Shown: positions 30,651 to 44,226, numbered from the stretch's first letter. The stretch: DNA of 64,000 nucleotides from Octopus vulgaris (GCA_951406725.2 OX597818.1:78926001-78990000); one strand, 5' to 3'. Notes: generated by a model not told the origin, from the sequence alone. Numbers and translations: made by a program.

Positions 30651-31869
30651 TATGACGCTAAGTCAAAAATTATACGCACTCTTGTTTCAATAATTAATTA
30701 AAACTAAATCAGAGACTGAAGAACTACATCATTTATTGACATATTCTTTTTACTTTTCGATGCACTTATTCAAGCACCTCATACCATCTGAGAAAAAGGT
30801 TTTCGGCTGGTTGTGCAGTCATTTATGCACCGCTTCCTACACTTCTTTGTCTGTAACAAATCACCAACCTCGTAAATGTTTGAACTGTCCAAAGAGGTGA
30901 TACCGGAAGGGACGAGATCTACATTATGCAAATGTTCCGGCAACTTCAATCCCAATTTTTGAACAACTCCAGTGGTGTGGATGGTCGTATGTGGGTCTGC
31001 ATTGCCATAAGACTTGCTTTGACAATAGACCTCAGCGCTCGGTGCGAATCGCTGGTTTCAGTTTGTTGACCAGCATTTCACTGTAGCCTACAATAACTGC
31101 AGAACATTTTCCCAGGTAATGTTCCAGTACAGACCCTTTTGCATCCCCAAAACCGACAGCATTACTTTTTGGCTGACGATTCCGGATGTTTCCAATCCAT
31201 AATCTGCTTTTGGATTCTGGTTTAAAGTGATGAACTCAGGTCTGATCTCCTATGACAATTCTCACCAAATAATCTTCGTGGTGATTGAGGGTTGACAGCT
31301 ATCCACATAATCGCACTTATGTGCTTCGGTAAACTCTCTTGGTACCCATCTCGCATTGACTTTACGGAAGCAAAACTTGCCGTTGATTATTTTGTATGCA
31401 GAATTATGACTGATTTTCAGAGACATTTCGTCTCATCGATGTCACTTCTGTTCGTCAGAACCATCTCTCGAGCTTGTTGAATATTCACGTCAGTGCTGGA
31501 GGTTGATGGGTGTCCTGTTCCTTCTTCATGCTTTATGGTTGGCTGAACATTTTTAAGTCCTCAATCTGCTCATACACACTTCCACACAGTAAAGTGCTGG
31601 CCCCGTATTGAATTGGAAACCTGCGATGAATTTCTGCCCCTGACACTTGTTCAGACCATAGAAATTGGATTACTGAACTTTGTTCTGTGGTGCCAGCAGA
31701 GCGTCCGTTTTTACTCTGTAACACACTTAAAAAAAATCTGGAGCGATAACAGTCAAACTTTGTTGCATAATCACAAAAGTACCACCCTTCAGCATGAAAG
31801 CACTGAAAGCAGTGTGGCAAAACTAAAGTTTTTCCCGAAAGTGTGAATAATTTTTGGCTTCCTCTCATA
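30651..31869 (-). mobile_element. Degenerate full-length mariner element
   Basis: TIRs aagtcaaaaattatacgcact / agtgtgaataatttttggctt, ~1.2 kb long. Remnant EQSSVIQFLWSEQVSGAEIHRR. Confidence 0.75.
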
Positions 31870-32377
31870 CTTTCGCTCATTTTCCAACACCAACTGTATA
31901 TACCACCGGACCGAGGTGTGCCAGGCAGACACGTTGGCGCGCCGGGCGAAATGCTTAGCGGTATTTCGTCTGTCGTTACGTTCTGAGTTCGAATTCCACC
32001 GAGGTCAACTTTGCCTTTCATCCTTTCGGGGTCGATAAATAAAGTACCAGTTTCGCACTGGGGGCGATATAATCGACTCAATCCCTTCGTCTGTCCTTGT
32101 TTGTCCCCTCTATGTTTAGCCCCTTCTGGGTAGTAAAGAAATATATAACAATTTACTTATACTATTTATGTTTCCATCCGCCAGCCTCTCGTTAGTGATC
32201 TTTACTTTCAAATTCTCCACTTGCATGAATAGATAATGGGATTCTTTCTTCTTACAGCTATTTGTCTTGTTCATCCTTTTGTCCGTGAACTCTACTGTTC
32301 ACGCGACACTGACGTTTTTGTACATTTCTAACCGCTGACTATATTCTTTCTTTTCCCAATATCGCAATATTGATGAA

Positions 32378-32803
32378 GGCGGCGAGCTGACAGAAACGTT
32401 AGCACGCCGGGCGAAGTGCTTAGTGGTATTTCGTCTGCCGTTACGTTATGAGTTCAAATTCCGCCGAGGTCGACTCTGCCTTTCATCCTTTCGGCGTCGA
32501 TAAATTTAGTACCAGTTACGCACTGGGGTCGATATAATCGACTTGATCCCTTTGTCTGTCCTTGTTTGTTCCCTCTATGTTTAGCCTCATGTGGGGAATA
32601 AAGAAATAAGAAACGTTAGCACGCCGGAGGAAATGCATTGCAGTATTTCGTTTGTCTTTACGTTCTGAGTTCAAATTCCGCCGAGGTCGACATTGCCTTT
32701 CATCGTTTCAGAGTCGATAAATTAAGCACCAGAGTCGTACTGGGGTCGATCTAATCGACTGCTTCCGCCCAAATTTCGGGCCTTGTGCCTAGAGTAGAAA
32801 AGA
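32378..32803 (+). mobile_element. Dimeric tRNA-SINE
   Basis: Head, core and tail A followed by a second body and tail B. Imperfect TSD aatatcgca...ttga. Confidence 0.88.
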
Positions 32804-34704
32804 ATATCGCAGCGTTGACATATGACAAATTTCTGCAATTTTCCTTTCTCGTTATGTAGAACCTGGTTATATTACTTTTGAGATAGTATGCATTGCACAA
32901 TGACAGCAAGATTCCAAGTTCTTCTATCCAACCCTGTCTTTGTTCATTCTAAGACGAAGGAGCAGAGTATCTGAACACTGTCAAGACAAGTCTATTGACT
33001 ACCTCCTTATAGTTTTGTTTGAAGCACCTTCTAAACTCCTCTCGTATACTCTTTGAAAGCTTTCTTATTGACCATTCAATTTCCTTATCATCTTTCATCA
33101 TCCCGAGGTAATTTTGTCATTCATTCTCTTTCAGCGATCATGTGATAACATCTTGCGGTATTTACTCTTTGTTGAAGCAGTATACAATATTAGTTGCATC
33201 ATCAATACTTTATCCATCGCAGAATTCTACCGAGTGGTATTTGTTGTTAGGCTGGTAAATTGGCATAATTGTTACAACATTGGTTCCGACATTACGTTCG
33301 ACAGTATCAATTAATGGTGCCGATGATACCGACTAACCTCGTCTCATCAAAGCCGCTAACTTTGGGCCTAAATTAGAAATCTTTAAAGCACCGAGCTGGC
33401 TGAATTGTTAGAACATCGGAAAAAATGCTTTCAATAATTCTTTCTGGTTTCTTACATCTTCACTTCAAATCCTGCTAAAGTCAGCTTTGCCTTTCATCCC
33501 TCCGGGATGAATTGAAGTACAAGACAAATACTGGGCTCTATGGCATCCACTAACGGCTATCTATCTACAATTGCTGGTCTTGTGCCAAAATCTGAGCCTA
33601 TTATTCCTTGTATTGTGCCAACCTTATCACATTCTGTGTCACGCTAAATCTCGCTGTCTGTGAAGTGCTCAGCTACTTGCAATTAATTTCACGAGCAACT
33701 GGAACACTCGTTGTTGTAACCGACGTAGTGCCAGTTTACTCTACCTCCAGATTTCAAACCTTGTGCCAATAGTGGAAGAAATTATTATTGTTGTTGCTGA
33801 CGGTGCAGTTTTTACTGTTTCTCCTTTTACTTTTTCTCGATTTTTAAAAAAAATCATTTCTAACGCTATTTTCATGCGAATTTAAGTAGAATCGTTTGAT
33901 GTTACGATTTGACTTAAGAGCATCATCTCCTGCAAGACATTATCAAACAAAGATGTTAAAAGAGATCACCTGAATTCCTTGGAGTCTTACGACTGTTAAA
34001 TTTATAACATTTCATGTTTTCATTCTTTGCTTGCTTTAGCCTTATTTGATGGTCATTTTTTCTTTTTCTCTTTCTCTTTTCTCTCACTATTTTTCGCTTT
34101 CTTTCTTTCTTTCTTTCTCCATCTCTCTCCCTCTCTCCCTCCCGTTCCCCCCTCTCTCTTACTATTGGTCTTTCTAGATTTATAACTCTGTAAATCTTCT
34201 ACATACACTCTGCTGACAAAAGATTTTAAAAAGCTTTTTTGCTTGAAGGTTTAAATGTGATTGATGCTGCTGCTGCTGCTGCTGATAGTGTGTGGGTGGT
34301 GGTGATGATGGTGACGCGGGTGATAGTGAGGGTGGTGATGGTTAGGGTGTTGATGACAGCAGTGCAGGTGGTGGTGGGTTGACGATGATGGTGATGGAGT
34401 TGGTGAAGATGGTGACAATTGTATCCGTGTTTATTCTGCTGCTCCTGTTGTTTTCTTCTTCTTCTTCTTCTTCTTCTTCTTCTTCTTCTTCTTCTTCTTC
34501 CAATCAGGACTCACGCCATTAGCCACAAAGAATAATCTCTAATTCGAGCCTACTCTAAGCTACTAAGAATGCGTGCTTCAGCTTGAAGATCCACCCGCCA
34601 CACGTGATAGACTGGCGGTTGCACGGTGGCTTTTAACGGGTGGAGAGGATTCGCTATCTAGATTACGGTCTGAAAGTTTACCACACCATAGTGGTTACAC
34701 CACG

Positions 34705-35365
34705 GTTCCTCTGCTTTGTGGCAGAAGTAGGAAGAAAGAGTGAGAAAGTTGTGGTGAAAGAGTACAGCGGGGTTCACCACCACCCCCTCGTGGAACTTAG
34801 GTGATTTTGCTCAATAAACACTCACAATGCCCGGTCTGTGAATCGAAACGGCATTCTTACGACCGCAAGTCCACTGCTTCAACCACTGGGCCATTGCGCC
34901 TCCACTGTTGTTGCTGCTTTTAAGAGCTAAAGAACGTAATGGGAAAGAAGCTTCACCGTTAAGTCACAGCTTTTACTTTTCTAAATATGAGATAGGCTGT
35001 TGATAATTGTTGCATTTATTATTGCTGTTCTTGTTGTTTAAGTGAAAACATGTGGCTTAGTGGTTAGGGTATTCTACTCCTGATCGTAAGGTCGTGAGTT
35101 CGATTCCAAGCCGCGCGTTGTTTCCTTGAGCAAGGCATTTTATTTCTCGTTGCTCGACTTCAGTTAGCTGGCAAAAATGAGTAGTAGTTGTATTTCAAAG
35201 AGACGGCCTTGTGACATTCTGTGTCACACTGAATCTTCTTGAGAACTATGTGAAGAGTACGTGTGTTTGTGGAATGCTCAGCCACTTGCACGTTAATTTC
35301 AGGAGTAGGCTGTTCCGTTGATCGGATCAACTGGAACCCTCGTCGTCGTAACCGACGGACTGCCA
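34705..35365. mobile_element. Two tRNA/CORE-type SINEs (34705-34905 on -, 35050-35365 on +)
   Basis: A/B-box-like tggcttagtgg ... gttcgattcc, and CORE-like ccttgagcaaggcattttatt. Confidence 0.75.
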
Positions 35366-35526
35366 CTTTCCTGTTGTTTAGCTCCAGGCTGATGAAGAAG
35401 GATTCATATGGCAGTATGATTATCTCACCTACTTTTTGCAGAAAGATACCAGAATCAGTGGTCCAAATTGAACTTGATACTTGACTGGAAATTTGGTTCA
35501 TCAACTCATCGAAGCTGAAACATAAT

Positions 35527-36110
35527 CATTTCTACTCTAGGCACAAGACCCGAAATTTGGGTGGGGGCAGTCGATTAGATCGACCCCAGTACGGTACTGG
35601 TATTTAATTTATCGACCCCGAAAGGATGAAAGGCAAAATCGACCTCGGCAGACGAAATACCGCTAAGCATTTTGCCCGGCGTGCTAACGTTTCTTATTTC
35701 TTTATTGCCAACAAGGGGCTAAACACAGAGGGGACAAGCAGGGACAGACAGAGGGATTAAGTCGATTACATCGACCCCAATGCGTAACTGCTACTTAATT
35801 TATCGAACCCGAAAGGATGAAAGGCAAAGTCGACCTCGGCGGAATTTCAACTCAGAACGTAGCAGCAGACGAAATACCTATTTCTTTACTCCCCACAAGG
35901 GGCTAAACACAGAGACGACAAACAAGGACAGACAAACGGATTAAGTCGATTATATCGATGCCAGTGCGAACTGGTACTTATTTAATCGACCCCGAATAAA
36001 TGAAAGGCAAAGTCAACCTCGGCGGAATTTGAACTCAGAACGTAACGTCAGACGAAATACCGCTAAGCACTTCGCCCAGCGTGCTAACGTTTCTGCCAGC
36101 TCGCCGCCTT
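35527..36110 (-). mobile_element. Trimeric tRNA-SINE with perfect 16-bp TSD
   Basis: TSD gaagctgaaacataat at 35511-35526 and 36111-36126. Confidence 0.93.
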
Positions 36111-37201
36111 GAAGCTGAAACATAATACTCACCTCGGTGGGATTTGAGCTCAGGAGGTAAGCGGCCAGAGCAAGATACCGCAAGTCATTTAGCTCTGATT
36201 CTACCGATTCTACCAATGTACATACCCCAACACGCCATCTTTGATATGTATTGTTTGATTTACAAAATAAATAGATAAATAAATATATAAATAATTTTCT
36301 AAACTAGACCGCATTGTCGCTATGAAGTAAAGCATTCAACATCTGCAGTCTCTTACAGCCGGAAAATTATAATCTTTTATCAAGTTACAGATGACAGTTC
36401 TAACAGAAGATATTTTGAAGAGAGAGTAAAAGAGAAAGAGAGTAAGAGGGTAAGAGAGTAAGAGAGAGAAAGAAGGAAAGAATGAAATATAGAAAATAAA
36501 AAAAAAGATATAGAGAAAGAAAAGAGGGGCAAAGAGAGAGGGAGAGTAAAAGTGAAATAAAGAGAGGAAAAGACAGAAAGTTTGAAAAAATGAGAAAGAG
36601 AGAGAGAGAGCGAAAGAGAGAAAAGAGAAGGAGAGGGAGAAAGAGAGTGAGAAAAGAGAGAATGAATATCCTGTGTAAACAGGATACATTTATATTTGAT
36701 AAATTCTGCTTAGTTTACCTTTTAAACATTTTTATAAAGCAATGTTGTTCTTAGAAACGCTAACGCTGGCTTATTTCCAAATATATTTCTCTTTGCATCT
36801 AGTGATGTTTTAATAGAAGCTATTATACAAAATTCTACAATATTCCCAACAGGAGCTTCACTGAATCATTCCTTTATCTTTTATCTTTTACCTTTTTTTC
36901 TGTCATTAGACTGCGGCCATGCTGGGGCACTGCGTTGTATGGTTTAGTCGGGCGATTTGTGACACCAGTGCCTGAATAGACTGAGATTCTATATAGCGTT
37001 AAGGGAAATCGGCTGTTATCATGTTGCAGGACACTGCAGGGTGAAATCACGTTACCTGGCAGTTCCGGCGGCCGTAGCAGATGATTCCTGACTGTCAACG
37101 ATATAATTATGTGTGCTTTTATGCACCGCGGGTCCTTTTAAGATATCCTCTCAAGGTAAATAATATAGTATTCTATATTCTAGCATAAACTTTACGTTAA
37201 G

Positions 37202-37297
<96 letters not shown>

Positions 37298-37486
37298 ATT
37301 AGGGCTTAGTAAAATAAATTACTTTGCCACATACTGAACTTAGTAGAAATAGCAGCCAAAAAAAAAAAAAAAATTTTCTTAGCATTTCTACTACTTAAAG
37401 AAAATTTATCTCAGATAATGTTTACTCCAGACAGCCCACGAAGGTTTGGAGGTAAATACAGAAAAATATCACAAGTACATAGATCG

Positions 37487-37549
37487 TTTGAGTACGTCAA
37501 CGTTTCAAGATTAGCCAAATAAAATCAGCATTTCTATCGTCAGCTCAAA
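37487..37549 (-). ncRNA. Type I hammerhead ribozyme motif
   Basis: Reverse complement of 38053-38115. Confidence 0.8.
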
Positions 37550-38052
37550 ATTTCTTAATTTGGATTTGGAAACACTAAAAAGAAGGAACTTTACCTATCA
37601 GCGAACTTATCGCTTCAGATGAACCACTCCAACTAAACAGTGTCAACAAATTCAAAATGCGCAGGCGTAAATTTCTTCAATCCCCTTCCACCCACGTGGT
37701 CTATCTAGCAAACACTATATTTTAACCGCGAGAACCGAGGCAGTATGACCGAGAGAAATGAATTATAATTGATATTATAATTTAACCGCGAGAACCGAGG
37801 CAGTATGACCGAGAGAAATGAATTATAATATCAATTATAATTCATTTCTCTCGGTCATACTGCCTCGGTTCTCGCGGTTAAAATATAGTGTTTGCTAGAT
37901 AGACCACGTGGGTGGAAGGGGATTGAAGAAATTTACGCCTGCGCATTTTGAATTTGTTGACACTGTTTAGTTGGAGTGGTTCATCTGAAGCGATAAGTTC
38001 GCTGATAGGTAAAGTTCCTTCTTTTAGTGTTTCCAAATCCAAATTAAGAAAT

Positions 38053-38115
38053 TTTGAGCTGACGATAGAAATGCTGATTTTATTTGGCTAATCTTGAAAC
38101 GTTGACGTACTCAAA
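38053..38115 (+). ncRNA. Type I hammerhead ribozyme motif; predicted cleavage after GUA at 38109
   Basis: TTTGAG-CTGACGA-stem II (aga/tct, gctga/ttggc)-GAAAC-GTTGAC-GTA-CTCAAA, with a perfect 6-bp stem I. Confidence 0.82.
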
Positions 38116-38398
38116 CGATCTATGTACTTGTGATATTTTTCTGTATTTACCTCCAAACCTTCGTGGGCTGTCTGGAGTAAACATTATCTGAGATAAATTT
38201 TCTTTAAGTAGTAGAAATGCTAAGAAAATTTTTTTTTTTTGGCTGCTATTTCTACTAAGTTCAGTATGTGGCAAAGTAATTTATTTTACTAAGCCCTAAT
38301 TATATAATGTAAAATTTTGAATTCGCCTTAAATGGTCCTTTTACATACTGAACACTTGGTGAAATTGATTAATTAATTAATTTTACCCTCAATTGTTG

Positions 38399-38429
<31 letters not shown>

Positions 38430-38493
38430 CATATATATATATATATGTGTGTGTCTGTGTCTGTGTCTGTGTGTGTCTATATATTTATAAATT

Positions 38494-38539
<46 letters not shown>

Positions 38540-39266
38540 CAAACATATATATGTATATATGCATATATATATAAGGTGGGATTCTTCTGTTACCATCTAC
38601 CAAATCCGTTGAGAAAGCATTGATTGGCTTGGTGCTATGGTCGAAAACATTTGCCCAAGATGCCATGCAGTGAGACTGAACCTAGGACCATGCGGTTGGG
38701 AAGGAAACTTCTCACCACAAATCTTTGAAACTTGAGAATTTCTTTCAGAAGAATTCTCTCATGTAACATACTTGTGCTACATATGTAGAGCTTCTGTCGG
38801 TTAATGTTGAACGCAAATCTGCACATCTTTGCGCAAGCCCCGCTAAGATTTTATTTTAGAATGACTACTTGTTGTCCTCGAGTATGATTCTCCTCTCTCT
38901 TTTCTACTGATGCTTATCCAAGGTAAGGGCCACTAACTTGGGCGTTTACAGCTTGACATCAATGTCGTCTCAGACGTTGCTGTTACCATATCTAATACAA
39001 AACTGTATTAGATATGGTAACTGTTGCTGCTACATATCTAATACAAAACTGTATTAGATATGTATCAAGCATCTTGTCTCATTTTTTAGAGGTTCCGTTA
39101 ATCTGCTGCTCTTCATTTGTACCTTCATCAACTTGGAAAAGATGTGATGGTCAAGATGGGGTTCAAAATCAGAGAGGATTCTATTCGATGCTATTCTACC
39201 CGATACTATAACGACACTCTCAATTCGCGAGCTTTGTGTAGAATTCTATAAGAGTATACTACACAA

Positions 39267-39407
39267 CGGGGAATCACTCGGCAGGTCCGTCGATGAAAAG
39301 CGCGGCTATCCGCGTGAACTGAAGCGAATTGCCGGACTCAGTGAACATCGACACCTCGAACGCACATTGCGGCCCCGGGTTCCCATCGTCCCAGGGCCCT
39401 GTCCGGT
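39267..39407 (+). rRNA. 5.8S rRNA retrocopy (near full length, dispersed pseudogene)
   Basis: Colinear match to conserved 5.8S blocks: atcactcggc, cgtcgatgaa, gaattgc, gaacatcgacac, cgaacgcacattgcggccccgggttcc. No ITS, 18S or 28S flanks. Confidence 0.92.
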
Positions 39408-39410
39408 ATA

Positions 39411-39640
39411 AGGCGGCGAGCTAGCAGAAACGTTAGCACACCGGGCGAAATGCTTAGCAGTATTTCGTCGGCCGTTACGTTCTGAGTTCCAATTCCGCCG
39501 ACGTCGACTTTGCCTTTCATCCTTTCGGAGTCGATAAATTAAGCACCAGTTACGCACTGGGGTCGATGTAATTGACTTATTCCGTTTGTCTGTCCTTGTT
39601 TGTCCCCTCTATGTTTAGCTCCTTGTGGGCAATAAAGAAA
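39411..39640 (+). mobile_element. Full-length monomeric tRNA-SINE fused to the 5.8S copy
   Basis: aggcggcgagctagcag head through ccttgtgggcaataaagaaa tail. An 18-bp TSD encloses both 5.8S and SINE. Confidence 0.93.
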
Positions 39641-40342
39641 TAAGAATATACTACACAATTATATCAAATTATAGCAATAGATAACCAGATACATAATACT
39701 TTAATAAAGAAACAATCAGCTATACAGCACTCAAATAAGGAAGTAGATAGCAATTTACAGTACAGTGATAAGGCAGTCAACTGCAAACTATACAATACGT
39801 TAATCATGCAGCAGACAGCCAATCATATAGCATATTGATAAACAGAAGACATCCAGGCTAAAATGTGTCGAGAAGATAACAGACAAGTAGTCTATTTCGC
39901 ATTTTCTCACGCTGTTACTCAGTGGCGACATTGAGGAGAGCATACAGCTCTGACCCATAGTGGTTCAGTTGATCACTTTAATCAGTAGCAATAACGGTAA
40001 ATTAACAATGTTTAAGTTCTATTTCCGTGGATAATAAAAAAAAATAAAAAAAAATAAAGATCTGATTTCACTTGTCTAATCCAAATGATGTGCAATTCCT
40101 TTATATTCCCTTGTCATGTAATCAACGTCTTCATTATACTCCACAGCGTATTTCTATTCGCTGTGTGACAACGACCCATTAACTCAACGAGACATTGCAT
40201 TTTTCTTGCAGCTTTATGATATTAAATATCATATCTGTTGTGTTTCTTCCAGATTTGAATATATATTGAAACTCGAGACAAATTATGCTTGCAATTGAAT
40301 CAACTCATTTCAAGTGAATAAATTATGAACAATCAAGGAATA

Positions 40343-40600
40343 ACGGAAACTGAAAGAAGCCCGTCGTATATATGTATATATATGTGCGTGTGTGTTTGTG
40401 TGTCTGTGTTTGTCCCCCTAGTATTGCTTGATAACCGATGCTGGTGTGTTTATGTCCCCGTAACTTAGCGGTTCGGCAAAAGAGACCGATAGAATAAGTA
40501 CTGGGCTTACAAAGAATAAGTCCCGGGTCGAGTTGCTCGAGTAAATGTGGTGCTTCAGCATGGCCGCAGTAAAATTACTGAAACAAGTAAAAAAGAGTAA
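40343..40600 (+). mobile_element. 5'-truncated SINE with internal (TA)/(TG) microsatellite
   Basis: ggaaactgaaagaagcccgtcg...cagcatggccgcag...ctgaaacaagtaaaa. Same family as 50775-51198. Confidence 0.8.
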
Positions 40601-40612
40601 AAAAAAAGTGTA

Positions 40613-41807
40613 TGTCAAAAAGTGTTGTACACGGTATTCTTAAGGTCTACGATGATTGTGGTTCGTGTGAAGCAAGAAAGTTTACAGGTAGGCCAAGAAA
40701 AACGACCAAGAGAGAAGATCGCGCTATGGTAAAGTTGGTTAAAATGGACAGATTTAAAACTGCTGCTGCTGTTTCTCGGAAAATGAGCATTGTATTGAAG
40801 AAAACTTTATCTCGAAAAACTGTGTCTCGTCGTTTAGTTGAACATGACCTACAAGCAAGAGCACCTGCAGTGAAGCCACTGATCAGCTCCAAGAATAAAA
40901 AAGTGTCGTCTTACCTTTGCAACCGAACATGTGTTGTGATCTCAAGAAAAATGGCAAACGATGCATTTCAGTGATGAATCTAAGTTTATATTATTTGGCT
41001 CAGATGGGAAAAAGGTACGTTCATCGAAAAGTAGGTGAAAAATTGTCGCCTAAATGCCTTAAGACTAGTGTTAAATTCGGTGGAGGAAGTGTCATGGTTT
41101 GGGGGATGATATCTGGAGATGGTGTGGGCCCTTTGGTGCGATTACATGAAAAGGTAAATGCAGGAGTTTATAAACAACTTGTAAAAGATCATGTCTTGCC
41201 TGTGCTGAGAAATTCAACTAAGCGACCACCCATATTCATGCAGGACAATGCCCCATGTCACAAGGCTAAGGTGGTCATGAACTTCCTCAAGGCTGAAAAG
41301 GTTATTGTTATGGATTGGCCTGCTTAAAGCCCAGATCTCAATCCTATTGAAAATATGTGGAATATTCTAGGAGAACATTCGAAAGCCAGAAATCCTAAAA
41401 CAACTGAGCAATTATGGAATGCCCTTCAGGAAGAATGGAATAAGATCACCCAGCAAGAAATTGAAAATTTAATTTCCTCATGCTGTCGAAGATGTCAGAG
41501 TGTGATTGAAGCTAAAGGGCTTCACAGTAAATATTAAATAATTCCAGTATTCTCTGTCATTTTTGATTATTTTGTTATTTTTTCAACCGTTCTGATTATT
41601 TTGGCCGCCATGGGTTTTGCAGAAAATCACTAAATCATCCATAACTTTTGTATTATCCTCTCAAATTACACCAAAATCTCAGGCAATAACAATTAATATT
41701 GTATTTATTGTCTGTGAAAATTATTGAATATAAAACGACTTTGATAAAAACTTATACCTACTTTTCTGACGAAAACAATGCCGTTCTGAACATTTTGGCC
41801 GCAACTG
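40613..41807 (+). mobile_element. Tc1 (DD34E) transposon, 5'-truncated, right TIR intact
   Basis: HFSDES, GGGSVMVWG, QDNAPCH and SPDLNPIE motifs with frameshifts and a stop. Ends ...ggccgcaactg|TA. Confidence 0.93.
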
Positions 41808-42123
41808 TATTTAACAGCTATTACTGCTTTATATAATATTTCCATCTATTGTGGATCACTTATAGAAAAATGTAAAACCCTTTGTTCATAACTTCAAAGT
41901 ACCCCTAGCAATATTAATGTGGACCTATATTTAGTTCGGAGTCAAGCAATATATGATTCGTGAAGACCAAATATTTAACAAGCTATGCAATCTTTTGTGA
42001 TAGTTTTATTGAAACATCATTTGAATATCCATAGATTTACTCAACCACTACGTTTCTTTTACAGTACTGAATTCTCTTTGCAACACTAATTCATCATAGT
42101 TATTTTTCTCTGTCAAACGTTAC

Positions 42124-42181
<58 letters not shown>

Positions 42182-42369
42182 ATATAATATAATATAAATA
42201 AAATATAATATCATCTCTCTCAACTGGTATTTATTTTATCGAATTCGAAAGGATGGAAGACAGTCGACCTCGGCGAAATTTGAACTCACACTGTAAAGCC
42301 GGACGAAATACCGCTGAGCATCTTCCTCGGTATGTTAACGATTCTGACAGCTTGCTGCCTTAATTTGTG

Positions 42370-42410
<41 letters not shown>

Positions 42411-44226
42411 AGGGGAAAATATATACAATCTTGTCGTTAAAAAATATATGTTCTATGAGTGTACTGAGTTCTTTTTCTATTATAGATAGTCAAATTTTGT
42501 ATTTTACTCATATATATGTGTATATGTGTATATATATGTATGTGTTACACTTATCCGTATTACGCACGCACACACACACACACTCGTACGCACAAATACA
42601 CTCATACGCACAAATACACTCACACTCGTACGCACACATACACACATACACATATATGCAACGACGTCGTTTGCACAACAGCAAAAAGTGAACTTTAATA
42701 AAACTTAGCTGACTATATCTCATATAGAACAGGGTCCTATAATCAAAATATATTGCATTAACCTGTAGTGTTGATATCAAATAATATCTGTCAGTCTTAT
42801 AAAGCGGATATTTATACAAACAATAGTCTCTTTATTGATGACACGTCAGAAACATGTGTCTCAATATTTCTCATTGGTGTTTACAAAACAATCAATCAAA
42901 CGGTTTATTCCGATTTTCGTTTTTCGTATTGACAGAAAGAATTATATCGATAAAAGAATATCGATGTTAATCAATATTCCGATAAAATTTATCGAGACCC
43001 GTCTGATGAATTTACTTTAAAAAATTAAGACTTTCTTTAAGTTTGAAATCGTTATTCATGGAATATATTATTTAGAGTCAGCGAATGGAATTTTGGTTAA
43101 TTTCTAAAAGGCACCAGTGATCTATCCACAGCTCACTTTTTTAACGTTTTCTTGAGCCCTAGAATTCTTCAGGCTGGTCCCCTATTTCCATAGCGTATAA
43201 ATAACCAAGATCACAACACACCCCTTGAACGTGACGTCGATCCTTTGCACACTTCAATGTCAGCAAACTGAAATGGAGAGGAAAAGCGATTACATCGACC
43301 CTACTACTTGACTAGTAATTATTTAATCGAAGACATGAAAGGCAAAGTTGATGTCAGCGAGATTTTGAATTAAAATGTTAAGAGTCGAAATGCATACCGC
43401 TAACCATTTTGTCCGACGTGCTAACGATTCTGGCAACTCGCCGCCTTCAGGATTCACATTAGGTTTATTAATTTTCCTTGAAAGATTGATTAAAATATGG
43501 TTGCATGAAATAAGATATAATAGTCTCTTTTATGGAAAGTAATAGAAATGAAATGTTTGATAAAATAAAAATAAATAATTGAAATATAAACAATGCGTAT
43601 GTTTGTTATTAACATAATGACTTTCACAAGATACAGCAATATATGTATATTATTTCGTCGGCCGTTACGTTCTGAGTTCCAATTCCGCCGATTTCCTCCA
43701 TATATTTTTTACGTACTTTTCTTTCTCAGCAAAGTGATGTTATATATTACTTTACAAGTTTATCATTTTATATAAGGAAATCGCCATACAAAAGCAGCAG
43801 TGAATAGCTGTGACCACGATACTTCGCAGGGACTCGGCCTTCTGTCTGTTGGTGTTGATAGTCGTGGGGATGTTGAGCATCTTTCAATACACAAAGAAAA
43901 AAAAATGGTCTGTAAGGAATAATAAAAATGCAGTTAGTAATTTTTCATAATAGTTAAGACATCAAATAATTAGTGCATAATGAATACAGACATAATAGAT
44001 ACTCGGACCGAGTATCTACAATCTAACGTAGAACGAAAGGCTACAGCATCAGTGCAAATAAGAGTTAGCAATTAGGTAATTTATTAGTCGTGCTATGAAA
44101 GTATGATAAAACAAAAATGAAATGATGGACGGGTAGATGCAAAGGTAAAAGAAAATGGTTCATTTACATAACGAAAAGGGAAAAGTAAGAAAATTGTATA
44201 TAAAAAAGGAAATTTTCTTGATACAA

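Larger units (their letters stand above)
37291..38400. mobile_element. ~1 kb near-perfect palindromic hammerhead-bearing element (family A relative, copy 3)
   Basis: Arms at 37291-37782 and 37821-38307. The spacer duplicates adjacent arm sequence. Flanked by (TA)n. Confidence 0.92.

Noticed and set aside
37721-37829. Two direct repeats resembling a CRISPR mini-array
   Set aside because: Eukaryotic context with only two units. They are explained as a duplication at the palindrome centre.
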